Counted from the stretch's first letter, positions 14,730-32,900 are shown. The stretch is 64,000 nt of DNA from Octopus vulgaris (GCA_951406725.2 OX597817.1:77066001-77130000); one strand, 5' to 3'. The notes: generated from the letters alone by a model not told the origin. A program made the numbers and translations.

Positions 14730-15476
14730 TATGTATTTATATATATGAGTGAGTGTATATATATATATATATATGTACACACACATATATATGTGTGTGT
14801 GTATATATATAAACATACACACATGCATATACATAGGCATGTGTATCATTATAACTGTATTCTATGATTAACCTTCATGCATTGAAGGAATTGTTTTTTC
14901 GTATCTTTCTCCTTTGTATTTTTCAATAAATGATGGAGAAAAAGAGGAATTGAAAGGGAAGGGAGAGAGGGGGGGAGGAGAGTGAAAGAGAAAGGTAACA
15001 ACAAAATGTAATAAAATAACAAAAATATACAACAGAAGTCAAAATATTAAATAAAACAAAAAAACAAATAAGAAAATAACATGACAACGAAAAAACAAAA
15101 ACAGGAATAATAATAATAATAATGATAATAATTTCAAAAAAACAACATCAACAATGGTAACAACAAATCAGATTGGTAAAAGAGAGAGAGAGAGAGAGAC
15201 GGGGGTGAGAGAGAGAGGCTGATATGATGTGAACTGTTGACTAAGTGTAAGGACTAAATAACTAAGAGGTATATGGAGAATGAGGAACTTGTGAGTTAAG
15301 TGAGAGAGGAGTAGCAACTCCTAGCCCCACCACCCTGGGGCACTTGCTGTATATGGGAATATGTAATAACTGCAATTGGGAGGTGAAAAAAAAACAAAAT
15401 TTTTGCAACAACTTCGGCTCATTTGGCAGTAAAGTTACTGTTTCTTTATAATAATGAATGCCACAACGATACCAAG

Positions 15477-15557
<81 letters not shown>

Positions 15558-15674
15558 TATGTATATATATATATATATATGTCTATATATAAATGTATAT
15601 ATATATATAAATATATATATATGTATATATATATATGTCTATATATATAAATATATATATAATATATATATATA

Positions 15675-15742
<68 letters not shown>

Positions 15743-15902
15743 AATATATGTATATATATATATATAATATATATGTATATATAAATATATATATATATAT
15801 ATAAATATATGTATATATATAAATATATGTATATATATATATATATATGTACATATACATATATACACACACACGCACATATATATATACACATACATAT
15901 GT

Positions 15903-16096
15903 TAGAAGGTTGACTGTTATGGCCAGTCAGAGAGTGACCATTGGTTTTTGCATCTGTAAACACTTAGCTGTATGGGTGACTCAACTGGCCAGAAGCACAT
16001 GACCTGTGGTCATTTGAATCTGATAACTTTTTTATACAGTTTATAGGTGCAAAACCACTGGTTGCTCTCTGACCAGCTGTAACAAACAACCTTCTA
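15903..16096. repeat. Imperfect inverted repeat (~58-bp arms), probably an old MITE
   Basis: TAGAAGGTTG..TGTTA..GTCAGAGAG..ACCA.TGGTTTT pairs with AAAACCA.TGGT..CTCTCTGAC..TAACA..CAACCTTCTA. Confidence 0.75.
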
Positions 16097-16159
16097 GAAA
16101 ATATATTATTGCTCTAATGTTTTAGATTGCACTTCTGTTTCAGATATATGAACTACTGA

Positions 16160-16205
<46 letters not shown>

Positions 16206-18784
16206 GTATGTGTGTGTATGTATTGATATTAAAATTAAGGATTACTCTGTAGCAGCAATAGCATTACCCTTAATTCTATAATTATATACTGCCTTTTATA
16301 TATATATATATATATATATGTATGTCTTCAGTTCTCTTCACTACTATACTTGGAGGAAGGTGGTACTCTCCTTTTCCTTCCCTCAGAAAAGCAAAGGAAC
16401 TGTAATATCTATTTTACCATAAATGTTTCAGTTTATATATGAAGCATTGGGATTGAAAGAACTGTAGAGACAGTAAACCATTCCAATACATGTAAATGGT
16501 ATTTTATTAATTCTTTAAGGTTAATGGTCAGTATGTAACTTTTGGTTTTAGGATGTTAGTTGCATGGTTAAGAGGTCTGCTTCCCAACCATGTATTTCAG
16601 GTTCAGTCCTACTGCATGCCGCCTTGGGCAAGTGTCTTCTACTATAACCCTGAGTTAGCCAATGCCTTGTGAGTGAATATGGTTGAGGGAAACTGTGCAG
16701 AAGCCAGGATGAACACCCTAAAGGAGAAAAAAAACGCAACATAGAGATGGGGCAAGCTACCACCAAATGATTGGGGCCACTACTCCAATGTCTGCAAATT
16801 ACAGATAGGCCTGAATTCCCACTTGAAGCAACATGGTAAAACATTGAACTGAAAATACTGTGCACCTGTATTCTGCTTAACCCTCATTTGTTGAAGCAAC
16901 AAGACATCCAACAACATATATATCCAACACACACACACACACATATATATATATACATACATATATACACACACACACAAATGTATATATATTTATATGC
17001 ACACACATATACGTGTGTTTGTCCTCGCACAACTTGTTAGTTTAGCAAAACAAATTGATAGTAATACTAGACTTTAATTCAGAAGTACTGAGGATAATTT
17101 GCTTGATTAAATCCTTCAAGGCAGTACTCCAGCATGGCTGCAGTTCAGTGACTAAAACAAGTAAAAAATAACAGCAAATGATATATAAAATATTTTTCTT
17201 TCCGTACTCTCTTTTGAACAGCATGTCAGTTTACCCCAGAATAAGAAACTTTCCTACAAGAATCCTATAGGATTCACATACACACAGATGGTGTAGAATT
17301 AACTGCGGTGTTCAAAAGTCAATGAAATGTAGTGGAATCAATCTGTAGCTGGTTGTTCATTCCTTTAATCATTCAACCACCTGATTTACATTTGTCTGGC
17401 CTCATTAAATGCATAGCAGTAGAAAGAATACTAAGCATCATTTGTTTCAATTCAGAATTTAAACCTCTGGTGGAAAGGATTGATATTGCCTTTTTCATTA
17501 GGAGAAGTAAATTAATAGAATTAATCCCAGTATATTACTGCTTTATTAGCATATTCATTGATGCCTGCAAAGAATTTTTGCAGTTCTAAGCAAGAATGAT
17601 TTTAGTAAGCATTCTATCTTTATATCTGTACCAATCTTTTTGAGCCATGTTGGTAGTTTGGAGCTGATACCTCCAATCATGCTAATTACTATGTCCACTC
17701 TCTTCATTGCCTATAACCTGCACATTTCCTATTTCAATTCATCATTGTTGTTCAGCTTAGGATGAACTATGTGAGGTGCAGAATTATTATTATTATTATT
17801 ATTATTATCATTTCATTGTTATTGTTGCTATTTTATACAAGCTGTCCAAAGTCTCACCCAGAAACCTCAAGAAACAGCAAGTTAGATATTTTACTATGGA
17901 TAGGTATTATTTATAACTAGCAATGATATATTTCAAGAAAAGAAGACCAAAATACTGAGGTTCTGTTAAAAGTTTGGGCTCTAATATTTGCAGTTTTTGA
18001 AGCTGTATGAAAACCCACTTCATATGTTTGCATTTATATATACATGCATATATATATAAATGTCTGCCTATATATAATAACCATAAATGAAAACAAAAGG
18101 AGACAAGAAATGATGAACACATAAAAACAAACAATCATTTCGAGAAATAAAAAAACAGGAAGTAACTGGAAAAGTTATCTTACAAAACTGTGTATTAAAT
18201 TTATTTTCTCTTTAAATACAATAACAATAATAATAATAAAAAATATTCTCATTAGGCACAGACCATATCTTAAAAAACAAAAAGACGGTCAAGCTGAGGA
18301 TATCTGAATCTTTTAAAAGATTAAAATATTCTCAGGTTGACTGTCTTTCTTCTTAGGAAGTGGTCTATACCCATGAGAACAGTATTTTTATTATTTTTGT
18401 TATTATCATCATCATCATTATTATTGTTGTTGTTGTTGTTGTTACTGTTATATCTAAAAGGAAAATAAATCTAATGCACAGTTTTGCTAAGTAACTTTCT
18501 TTCACTTATTTCTTCTTTGTTATTTCTTGAAAATATGGTTCCTTTTTAATGTGTTGGCTTGTAATTTCTTCCTTCTTTTTCTTTCCATTTGTGTCTATAA
18601 AATATATACGCATATGCACACATTTATACATACAATTTCTGTCTGCCAACTTTACTCACAAAATTTTGGTTAAACTGAGACTCTAGATGTCATGTAATGG
18701 AACGAACCCCCACCAAACTACATGATCGTGAAATAAACTTCTTAACCATACAGTCATGCCTATACCTATCAGTAATAATAATAA

Positions 18785-18991
18785 TGATTTCAAATTTTGG
18801 CACAAGGCCAGCAATTTGGGGTTAGGGTTAAGTTGATTACTTGCCCCCAGTGCTCGACTGGTATGTATTGTATCAATCTCAAAGTGATGAAAGGCAAAGT
18901 TGATCTCGGTGGGATTTGAACTCAGAATGTGAAGATGGATGAAATGCCTCAAAGCATTTTGCCTGGCAGACGATTGTGCCAGATCACTGCC

Positions 18992-19043
<52 letters not shown>

Positions 19044-20946
19044 TGATGATGATGATAATAATGTTTTGTGATTTAAGCACAAACCCAGCAATTTTGCTGC
19101 GAGGGAGAGCGGTGGATACTATAGACCACAGCATGTGACTGGTAGTTTGTTTTACTGACCTTGATAGGATGAAAAGCAAAGTTGGCCACAGTATGATTTG
19201 AACTCAGAGTGAAAATAGCTGAAAAGAATGCTGCAAAGCATTTTCTTTTTTGTGTGTGCGATTCTCTAATGATCCTGTGAGCTTCCCACTTAGCATTGGC
19301 ATAACAACAGGGATTTCTAGCATAAGTGCAAAGCCTCAAAATATTTTTTGAAGGTGGGTAGAAAAAAATAGTAGAGTTCATTGAGATTGATCCTAAAACT
19401 TTATTGGATACTCGTGTTATGGGACATGGGGAGATGAAAGACAGATTTGAACCCAGAATGTAAAAGTACACAATAGAATACCACATGGTATTTTGTCCAA
19501 TTTTCTAATGATTCTGACAATCTACAACCAAAATAATAATAACCATTTTTCTACTTTAGGCACAAGGCCCTGATACTTTGTGGGGAAGGGCCCAGTTGAT
19601 TACACTGACCCCAGTGCTTGACTGGTATTTATTTCATCTACCCTGAAAAGATGAAAAATAAAGTCAGACTTGGTGGAATCTGAATTCAGAATGCAAAGCC
19701 ACAAGAGATGTTGGTAACCATTTTGTCTGGCATGCTAACAATTCTGCCAGCTTGACCTCTTAATGATTTTGGCATAAGGCCAATAGTTATGAGAGAAGAG
19801 GGTTTGTCAATTACATGGGCTCCTTTACCTGACTTGCACTTTATTTTATCAAACCCCAAAAAGGTGAACAGCAAAGCCAATCTTGGAGAGATTGGGCTCA
19901 GAATGTAAAGTGCCAGAAGAAATGCTGTCAAGCGTTTTGTCAGGTGCAGTAACGATTCTGCCAGCTTGCTGCTTTTTAAATAATAATAATTTTTTTTTAA
20001 TGATAGGCACAAGGCCAGTAAATTTGAGGGAAGAGGAAGTCAGTTATCTTGACTCCAGTGCACAACTGGTACTTATTTTATCAACCCCTAAAAGGATGAA
20101 AAGCAAAGCTGACCTTGGCAGAATTTGAACTCAGAGCATAAGGATAGACTAAATGCAGTTACATATTTCATCAGGTATGTTCACGGTTCTATCAGCTCGC
20201 CACTTTAAAACCAAAACTAATAATAATAATCCTTTCTACTAAAGGCACAAGGCCCGAAATTTTATTTTTTGGTTGGGGGTTACTCGATTACATCGACCCC
20301 AGTGTTTCACTGGAACTCAATTTATCAACCCCGAAAGGATGAAAGGCAAAGATGACATTGGTGGAATTTGAACGCAGCATGCAGAGATGGGCGAAATACT
20401 ACTAAGCATTTTGTCCAGTATGCTAACAATTCTGCCAGCTCGCCACCTTAAATAATAATAATAATAATAATAATTATAATAATAATAATAATCCTTACTA
20501 TTGTAGGCACAAGGCCTGAAATTTGAAGGGAGTGGGTACGTCGACTACATCGACCCCAGTGCATAACTGCAACTTATTTAATTGACCCTGAAAGGATGAA
20601 AAGCAAAGATGACCTCGGCAGTATTTGAACTCAGAATGTAGCAGCAGAGGAAATACCGCTAATCATTTTGCTCGGTGTATTAATGATTCTGCCAGCTCAC
20701 TGCCAGAATAATAATAATAATAATAATAATAATCCTTTCTGTTAAAGGCACAAGGCCTGAAAAATTTTGGGGAGGAGACTAGTTGATTACATTGACCCCC
20801 ATAATTCAACTAGGGTTTATTTTATCGACCCTGAAAGGATGAAAGGCAAAGTTGACCTCGGCAGAATTTGAATCCAGAAAAAAATGCCATTAAGCATTTT
20901 GCCTGGGTTGCTAATGGTTCTGCCAGCTTGCCACTTTAAAACTAAT

Positions 20947-20977
<31 letters not shown>

Positions 20978-21900
20978 TAATATTCAAAAAAACAACAAAG
21001 AGAATTGACAATACTTAGTGAAAGGAAGATTAAAAGAAATAAAAACAACAAAAAAACAAAATCAACAATAACAAAATATTTCCCAACAATAACAACAAAA
21101 AACTAAAAAACATTTCAACAACAAAAAGAACAGTGTAAACTACAATAACAACAAAAACAAAAACAAAAAACAACAATGTAAACTACTACGATAGCAACAA
21201 CAATAAAGAGTGAAGGAATAAAATATTGATTGGCCTTTCAAAATATAATGAGAAAAGAAAAAATTCCATGTAAATAATTGTTGATTTGTTTTGGAATTTT
21301 GTTTGTTGTTTGTTATATATTTCTTTCAGGATAGCAGCAGTGAGTATGTGAGTTTTTTTTGCTGTGATTTTTTTTTTTTTTTTATCATTTAGTCGGTTAT
21401 GAAAGAACCACTCATGATCTCCACACAAGGCCTCCGAGATTCATTTCAGGGAAGAAAAAAAAAGCAAACCCCCGCCACCAATGAACAAGATACTTGGCCC
21501 AGGTACATGAAACAAAGACGATTTAGCTAGGGAGATATTCTTTCCAAGGTGCCAGTGCTCGGTGGTAGTGTTTTTTAAACTGGATTGCAGATTAATTTTA
21601 CCACCTAAGTTGGCCTTAGTGGCATTTGAACTGAGGATGCAAAGAGCTGAAACAGAACCCAAAAAGCAACCAATCTGACATTCTTTATACCTCTATAGAT
21701 TTTATCAAAATCAAAAGAGTAAAAGGCTAAGTTGACTCTGATTGGATTTGAACTCAGAGCATAGAGAATCAGATCAGAATAAATACTGCAGAGTATTCTG
21801 TCCAATGGTCTAAGGACTCTATCAGGTCACTGAATTATTGGTTTTGGCCAATGTTGTAGATGAGAGAAAAAGACTGAGATGAGGATGAAAAGGAAAAGCA

Positions 21901-21931
<31 letters not shown>

Positions 21932-22159
21932 GTAATAATAATCCTTTCTACTACAGGTTAAGGCCTGAAATTTGGTGGGGAGAGAGGAGCTGGTCAATTA
22001 CGTTGACCCCAGTACTTGACTGGTAGTTATTTCATCAAGCCTGAAATGACAAATGGCAGAGTTGACCTTAACAACATTTAAATTCAGAATGTAAAGCCAG
22101 AAGAAATGCAGCTAAGTATTTAGTCTGGCTTGCTAACGATTCTGCAAGCTCACTGAATA

Positions 22160-22214
<55 letters not shown>

Positions 22215-22800
22215 TTGATAATAATGATAATAATCTATAGGCCTGAAATTTTGGGAATGGGGACTAGTTGATTACGTCAACCCCAGTTCTCAACTGGTAC
22301 TTATTTTATCGACCCCAAAATGATGAATGGCCTTGGCAAAATTCGAACTCAGAACATGAGGGACAAAATGCTTAGCAGCATTTTGTCCAGCATGTGAATG
22401 ATTCTGCCAGTTCACTGTCTTTTCTTTCTATTTTTTGGTGAGGGGTTTAGTTGATTACATCAACCCCAGTGCTCAACTGCTACTTATTTATTGACCCCCA
22501 AAAGGATGAAAGGCAAAGTTGACCTCAGTGGAACTTAATCCCATAATGTAAAGAACTGGAAGAAATGCTGCTAGGCATTTTTAGCTGGTATGCTAGCTAT
22601 TCTGCCAGTTCACTGCCTTAGTAAGAAGTCTTTCTACTATAGGCACAAGGCCTGAAATTTGATAGGGAAAGGAGCTAGGAGAACTACATCAAACCCAGTG
22701 CTCAACAGGTACTTATTCCATCCACTCCCAAAGGATGAAAGGTGAAGCAGGCCACAGCAACATTTGTATTCAGAACATAAGGCTAGAAGAAATGCTTCTC
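18785..22800 (-). repeat. Head-to-tail array of roughly 14 diverged SINE family B copies separated by (TAA)n
   Basis: Repeated ~200-bp units GGCACAAGGCC...GACCCCAG...GGATGAAAGGCAAAG...TTTGAACTCAGAA...CTGCCAGCTC, all in one orientation; count is by eye. Confidence 0.85.
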
Positions 22801-23012
22801 TGAGGGATGTAACAAAGAGCCAGCTGTCCACAACCTAAGCGGACTAAGGTAATGTTCTTCATTCAGTTCTTGAGAACTCTGTAGAGGATTCGCGCAGGCA
22901 GTCCTGAGCAACACCATTTTCTGTAAATGCTCCATTTCCATATTTACTCAGGGCACTAACAACAACATGTACAATACTCATCCTTTTTAATGACCTGTCT
23001 TTCTTTCTCCTG
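22800..23012 (-). mobile_element. 3' fragment of a restriction-like-endonuclease non-LTR retrotransposon (Dong/R4-like)
   Basis: Degenerate SLKRMSIVHVVVSALS (cf. V.PVV.GALG) and ARILYRVL (cf. GTARILRRVL); abuts an (ATT)n tract, the known Dong-type target. Confidence 0.5.
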
Positions 23013-23699
23013 CCATTATTATTATTATTATTATTATTGTTATTATTATTATTATTATTGTTGTTGTTGTTGTTGCTGTTGTTATGATGAGGGCGCATAC
23101 ATTTGGTCACTATAAACAAATCATTTGTGCAGGTCATTTGGCAGAAAACTGAACACTCATGCATTGTCTTCGATGGGAGAATCCATCATTATTATTACTA
23201 CTGTTACAGTGAGGGCACATAGCTTGCTGGTTATGGTGTTGCATTCACAATTGTGAGATCGCAGTTTCAATTTCTAGATTGGGTGGTATGTTGTGTTATC
23301 TAACAAAACACTACATCTCACTTTGCTTTGTGATCACTTCTACACCTGATACATGGTACACCGTACACCTGTTCAAGCAACATCGATTTGGTGAAGACAG
23401 CTAATGAGCGGCATGAACATTCGATCGCTATAAACAAATCATTTGTGCAGGTTTTTTTGGCAAAAGCTGAACACTTCTACACCGTCTTCGATACGAGAGT
23501 CTATCAATATTATAATTATTATTTTCTTTTTTCTTTGGTACATGAGATTGTATTCGTTGGGCTTGATTGATAGATGGGTTGAAAAACAAACTCAGTTCCT
23601 GGTAAACATTAATTAAGATTAATGGTACTATCATTATGTATTTGGCCTCATCAACATTTCTTTGGGCTTAGAAGTAAAAGAAGAGAAAAACGGTAAAGG

Positions 23700-26425
<2,726 letters not shown>

Positions 26426-26699
26426 CTATGTTGCCCAGCCATCTATTCGAGATCGTTTTGAACCAGTGGGTCCTTGCTCGTATTCCTGGGTGCTGCTCGG
26501 TGACGAACTATTGCTATGTGATATGTGGCCTGGCGATATGTGACCTTGGTTGTTCACTGAAGTAGGTCGAAGTTGTTGGCTTGATGGCGTGTTGCTTTCA
26601 CGTGGAGGTGATATTGGTTCGCTCTTGATATGCATGGTTAAACCTGGGTTGAGTATGTTTAGTGCCAAAGCAGAGTTGTTGTTTGTCATCGAACCTGAA
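26426..26699 (-). CDS. MEF2: MEF2 terminal coding exon: SGSMTNNNSALALNILNPGLTMHIKSEPISPPRES...GPTGSKRSRIDGWAT*
   Basis: Acceptor ttttcatcag|T (phase 2), stop TAG at 26426-26428. IKSEPISPPR is the MEF2 phosphorylation-dependent SUMO motif; KRxR..GWAT is the conserved MEF2 C-terminus/NLS. Confidence 0.96.
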
Positions 26700-28128
26700 C
26701 TGATGAAAACAAAAAAAGTAAATAAATAAATAAATAAATAAATAAATGAATAGACGAACAAACAATTAAATAAAGTAAAATAATGATATTGAAATAATTA
26801 CAAATACATAGATAAATTAACGACAACGACAAATAAATAATAATAATAATAATAAAGAGAAAGAAGGAAACAACATCTAAACGAAAACAAGAAATTAATT
26901 AAATTAATTTATCAGATCAGACAACAATAAAAACAACAACAATAAACAAATAAAACAAAATCAAAATAAGAAAAATTTAGATTTTGATGATCTAATTAAA
27001 AGAGTTTGATTTTTCTTTCAAATGTTTTTCTCTAATTGGTTAATGTTATTATTGTTACACAACAAGTCTGCATTTTTTAAAGTGAATCTTGTCACGAGAG
27101 AAATATAAAGCAATAATTAACTTTTTCAAAGTATTAATCTCGGCAGATTTTTTTTTTGTGTGTGTGTGTATATATACGTGTTTTCCATCTACATTTAAAT
27201 TTCTTTAGCTATATTCTCCTCTAATCTTCAGGTGCCATTTTGTTATATAGACATACATACACATATTTTCTTTATTAAACACAGAGGGGACAAACAAGAA
27301 CAGACAAAGGGATTAAGTCAATTACATTGATCCCAGTGCGTAACTGGTACTTAATTTATTGACCCTGACAGGATGAAAGGCAAAGCTGACTTTGGCAGAA
27401 TTTGAACTCAGAATGTAACGGCTGACGAAATACCTATTTCTTTACTACTCACAAGGAGCTAAACACAGAGAGGACAAACAAGGACAGACAAACAGATTAA
27501 GTCGATTATATTGACCCCAGTGCGTAACTGGTATTTATTTAATCGACCCTGAAAGGGTGAAAGGCAAAGTTGACCTCGGCGGAATTTGAACTCAGAATGT
27601 AATGGCAGACAAAATACCGCTAAGCATTTCACCTGGCGGGCTAGCGTTTCCGCCAGCTCGTTGCCTGACCACAAACACACGTGCGCATGCACACACACAT
27701 ACACACATATGTATAGAGTAATCCCTAGCAAGAAAAAAAAAATGAGATTTCAGGCAAAGCAAGAAATCATCTAACATGGATTTTACAAATACTATCTATA
27801 AGTGGAATAGTTACTATATGCAAGATTTTTTTTCTGGGGTACATGCCTTGCACTTATCTAAATTCAGGATTGGATGTTTTTGGAGTTTTTTCTTTTGTTA
27901 GAAACCAGCTAATTTTTATAGGAAGAAAAAACTGAAATAATTTAAGAAGAGAAAATAAAATGCATACATATATGCATATAACAACTCACACACATACACA
28001 CAGATATATGCATGCATCTGTGAAAGTCTGTGCGTGTGCGAATATCTTTGTGGTCAAATGTACGCATACAAGCTTAATGAAAAATGCATTCATTGCATAA
28101 AGAGATAATAATAATAATAATAGTAATG

Positions 28129-28165
<37 letters not shown>

Positions 28166-28167
28166 TA

Positions 28168-28716
28168 GTACCAGGCAGTGGCTCTCATGGATTCTAATCT
28201 TAACTGATTTGAAGTATTATCATGTACATTACGTCTTTGGTATAAAAGATGGGCTACAGCAAATATTCTGCTCAATACTACAGATTTGCTTGTCAGTTGT
28301 TTGACCTTAACCAGTTGAGCATGTCCCTTAGTGGCTGACAATATGTGCATTTCTGATCATGAGCAGAAGTAGTCGGAGAGTATCATAACCATGTGTTGAG
28401 AGGGATTCTTTGGGGTTTGCATAATTCACCTTTGGAAACATGGGTGTTTCGTTCAACATCCTTAAGCAACTCTTATTCAGAGACCTTTTGAGTGGGATGG
28501 GCTGGGCTACTCAACCTGAAGAAAATTCTAACTGGGCCCCAGCTGCAAGGTCATGCGATGTTTATCTTGATATGAAATCAACATGTCACGCACATATGGT
28601 TGTGATTCGTGTGCCTGGTGTACACTTATCAAACAGGTAGTCACAATATGTTTATTGGGCTTCATATAATTGTACCCCAGTGTCACTTTGATGGCATGCC
28701 CTGCTCTCTCACTCAG
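28168..28716 (-). mobile_element. Dispersed repeat inserted in (TAA)n; partial second copy at 61446-61768 in the opposite orientation
   Basis: 28385-28716 is the approximate reverse complement of 61446-61768 (GAGTGAGAGAGCAG..CATGCCATCAAAGTGACAC..GGGGTA...). Confidence 0.8.
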
Positions 28717-28992
28717 TCATAATAATAATAATAAGGCCTGAAATATTTCCAGAACTTTAACCTGAGTCTTGGAGCAAAGTAACCAGTGAAAATCATACAT
28801 ACATATATATGCAAATATATGTGTATGTATGATGTATATGCATGTATGTATGTCTATATATATATATACACATACATATATTTGTGTGTGTATGCATATA
28901 TATACATATATATACATACATACATACATACATATATATATAAATAAGGATAAGATGGTGGTATCTTGTAGATACTCTAATTTATAATTTTT

Positions 28993-29077
<85 letters not shown>

Positions 29078-29161
29078 TATGTATATATATAAATATATGT
29101 ATATATATAAATATATGTATATATATAAATATATGTATATATATAAATATATGTATATATA

Positions 29162-29240
<79 letters not shown>

Positions 29241-29925
29241 TAACCAAGCAGCAAATATATTTCAAAGTAAAAGCAGGCTCAGATAACCAGGTGAATGATC
29301 GGAAATGTGTAACTCAGATTACTAGAATTACAAACCGTTCAGTTATAATGTATTAAATAATACTCTACGCTTATGTATTGAGTTGTATAATTTATCACTT
29401 CTGGTAAACCAATAGAGGTTTATATGTGTATGTATGTGTCTATAGACACACACATATATATATACTTACATATGCACACACAGCCTTCGACTTAAATTTA
29501 ACTAACTACTTGTTTTTTGGACTAGTTTCTGAAACGTTTTTTTCACTATTCCTGCATGTTACAATTGTGTTTTATGAAGAAAATTTTGACTAAAAGGTGT
29601 GTTACTTTTTGTATGAAAAAATAGTATAGTTGATGTTCCTTTTATTTGTGACAGTATAGTATATTTTACTGAAAATCAACTTGTTTTTACTAAAAAAATT
29701 TTAATTTGTATGAAGAATAATGTATAATGTTAAAAAAAACATTTCAAAAAACATCAAAATGTGATTTTAAAAAATTAGCTATGACATAGAATTTTATGTG
29801 AGATATAATATATATATATATATGTATATATTATTCAATTATGAGAGAGTCATCCCCACCATGCTAAACAGCAGTGTACTGGCAAACAAGCAAAACACAT
29901 ACATTGAGTATGCGTGGTTTAATAA

Positions 29926-29982
<57 letters not shown>

Positions 29983-32900
29983 CTGTGCCTGACACTGCGC
30001 TTGGTTCTATATTACAAGCTACTTGTATTAAAGTAATCTAATCCGCTAGAAATTCACATTAATTTGAGTTCCAAATACCGGTTTAAAAATTACAAAGTGA
30101 TTTTACTAAATTCTTCATAATTTTCGAAATTAATTGAAACAAAATCAGTGGTTATTAAAATAGAAAATGTGTTAATGAAAAGTGTAAATTAATCGGAAAG
30201 TATTTGATTTCAGGATTGTCGGAAAGCTACTAATGAAATAGAAGAATTTGTAATTTTTAAATTAACCTTCCTTAGCATTATATTTTCTCTTTGTGTTACA
30301 GTTATCATCATCTTTACTTTATTTTGATTTTCCCATGTTAGGCTGGGAAACACTTGCAGGATTAATGACAAAGATGATAACAAAAAGACCTTTGGTATAG
30401 GCATATTTATGTGGAGGTTAAGAAAAATGCTTTGCAGCTACATGGAATTGGTTCCAATTCTACTATATGGTACCCCAGGTAGGAGTGTTTACTGCTAGAG
30501 TCTCTGGGTCAGCTAAAGCCTTGTAAATGAAGTCTGGTACACAGAAGCTATATGGAAGTGTGTAGGAAAGGGTGATTCTCTTTGTAAGTGGTACACTTAA
30601 TCCATCACCTAATTAAGCACCATCACATGGCCCTTTCAAGCTTTTATTAGAGTCCACTTTGACGTAAGCATTTGGATCAGATCCTCAGTTAAAATAAAAA
30701 TATCCCTCTGGTCCTTTAACACCAGCCCCAAAGGTCCTGAAAAGGTTATTGGTCTTGTTCCTTATCCAATTTCACAATCTTTAGTCATGTACTTCTGGGA
30801 TCATGGAGGCATGTATTTTAGTGGTAGGGAATGTATACGCCATGAAACTAGAAAACTGACCCTTATGAGTTGGTATGACTTCTTTGTGGAAGCATGTAGC
30901 TTGGTGAATAAGGTGTTGGACTCATGATTAGAAGATTGTTGTTTTGATTCCTTGACCGGACGACGCATTGTACTCTTGAGCAAAACACTTCATTTCATGT
31001 TGCTCCAGTCCACTCAGCTGGCAAAAATGAGTAATCCTGTGACAGACTAGCATCCCATCCAGGTGGGTAATATATACACCATAAAACCAAGAAACTGGTC
31101 CTTTTGAGTTGGTATAACTCAAGAAGATAACTTTACCATTACTACCTTACTTCTGGGATCAAATACCACTATGACCAACTTTACTTTATAACCACCTGGG
31201 GTTAAGTTTTCACCTTTAAAGGTGCCCCTGATGAACCCAAATAGATTACATTTACATACATGTTCACATAATTATGATATGTTGTAAGAAAAGTAGCCCA
31301 GTTATTTTGCCCATTCTAACTTACAGGAATAGTATTGATGGTGTATTTTCAAATAGACGTTCAATGAGAGATTAAACTGTTTTGTAAATAGATATATTTC
31401 TGTTGGAAATATAAAATATACAAGATGCATTTTGAGTAAACCCAAATGGCTTATGAAAACCGGAGTGTTTGCATAATCTAAACATACTTTGTCACTCTCA
31501 CTCCATTCAGGAAATAAATCAAAGAAGAACAACAACTACAACAATATGATAATAATAATAATAATAATAATAACAACAGCAAAGGGTTAAAAGAAATATA
31601 CAACAGTTTTATACACATAACAAGGAATAGGATAAAACAAGGCTTATTACAGTTTGTGTAAAGTCCAAGCCAAGATATATGCATAAATGTAAATGTACAC
31701 CAATGAAATTCAATGGTTATACAAAATATTAGAAATGCATGGCCTATAGGCTCATGGTAGGTAATAGTAGTGTAGTTTTTGTCCAAATTTAGTGCTATGT
31801 CAAACATGTTGGAGAGGAGGGTAGACTGAGTTGATTGGGTAATGGACAAACAGCCAAGAAATTGGTGGTTTGCTTCCTGTCACTGGTTTTATGTCTTGCC
31901 TATGACTGAGACAGTCAACTCTCAAATAAACTGGTCCATGTAGCCGTAAATTATAAGAAATACTCTCACAGAACATAGAGGGAGTTGTGAAAAGGGTTTT
32001 GTTTGTTAATAAGAGAGTTTGGTAAGTTTATTGACCATGATGAGTGGTAGATTCTAACAGTGTCGGGTCTTGCTCTGTGTCTGACAGTGAGGAAAGGGCA
32101 GAAGTGTTTACGCATAGGTAGGAGACAGTGGAGAGGGTTGGAAAAAGAAAAGGGACAAAATGTTTTGTTAGCTTGCAGTACTATGTACAACTTAATTCAT
32201 GATTGTATTTCACTGACTGAAGAGTGAATTAGAGAAAGAAATCATGCCTGATTATAAAGGCAGATTCTTAAGTAGTGGTACCATATGGTACCACAAGTAT
32301 AGAATTTACCACAACCAATCCTGTTGAATTTTTAATTGTAAAAATGGTATAAAAATGTATGCTTGACATCATTAAGGATCCCAAAATTATCTGGAATGTT
32401 TCATTTTTTAGAGATATATTTAAGAACTTGCTTTATATATTTTGTGTCTTGTCGTCATCGTTGTTGTTGAGCACCAGGTCAGCTCTAATCAAGCTGTGTA
32501 AAATGGATCAGCTAGCGCTGTCAAAGGAAGTTAAACTGGATAATTTCCAATTGAGATTTATTTCTTGCTTCAAGACTCTGGAATTCAAATACTATCTTCT
32601 TTCCTTTAATTTGTCCAATATCTGGAGTTTATAGGTTTTCTTTCAAGGACCATAGCTGATCTAAACTATTATTATCATTATAAATTATTATTATTATTAT
32701 TATCATTATTATTATTATAATTATTATAATCATTAATATTATTATTATTATTATTTGCTAATGTGATGAATTTATTTCTAGTGTTGAGATGGTAGAAAGA
32801 ATAATTCACTTAAACCAAATGCCATGCAATATTAAATTTTCTGTTTCCACAATCTAATTTCTTAAAACCTCACTGAAAACAGACTGTCTTTCATCCCATG

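Noticed and set aside
18785-22800. CRISPR-like or tRNA-gene array
   Set aside because: Units are diverged ~200-bp SINE copies also dispersed elsewhere in the window; no identical repeats with unique spacers and no cloverleaf.
26694-26699. Second AG 5 nt into the terminal exon (phase 1)
   Set aside because: The upstream exon ends in phase 2 and fits the first AG; there is no sequence evidence for use of the second.
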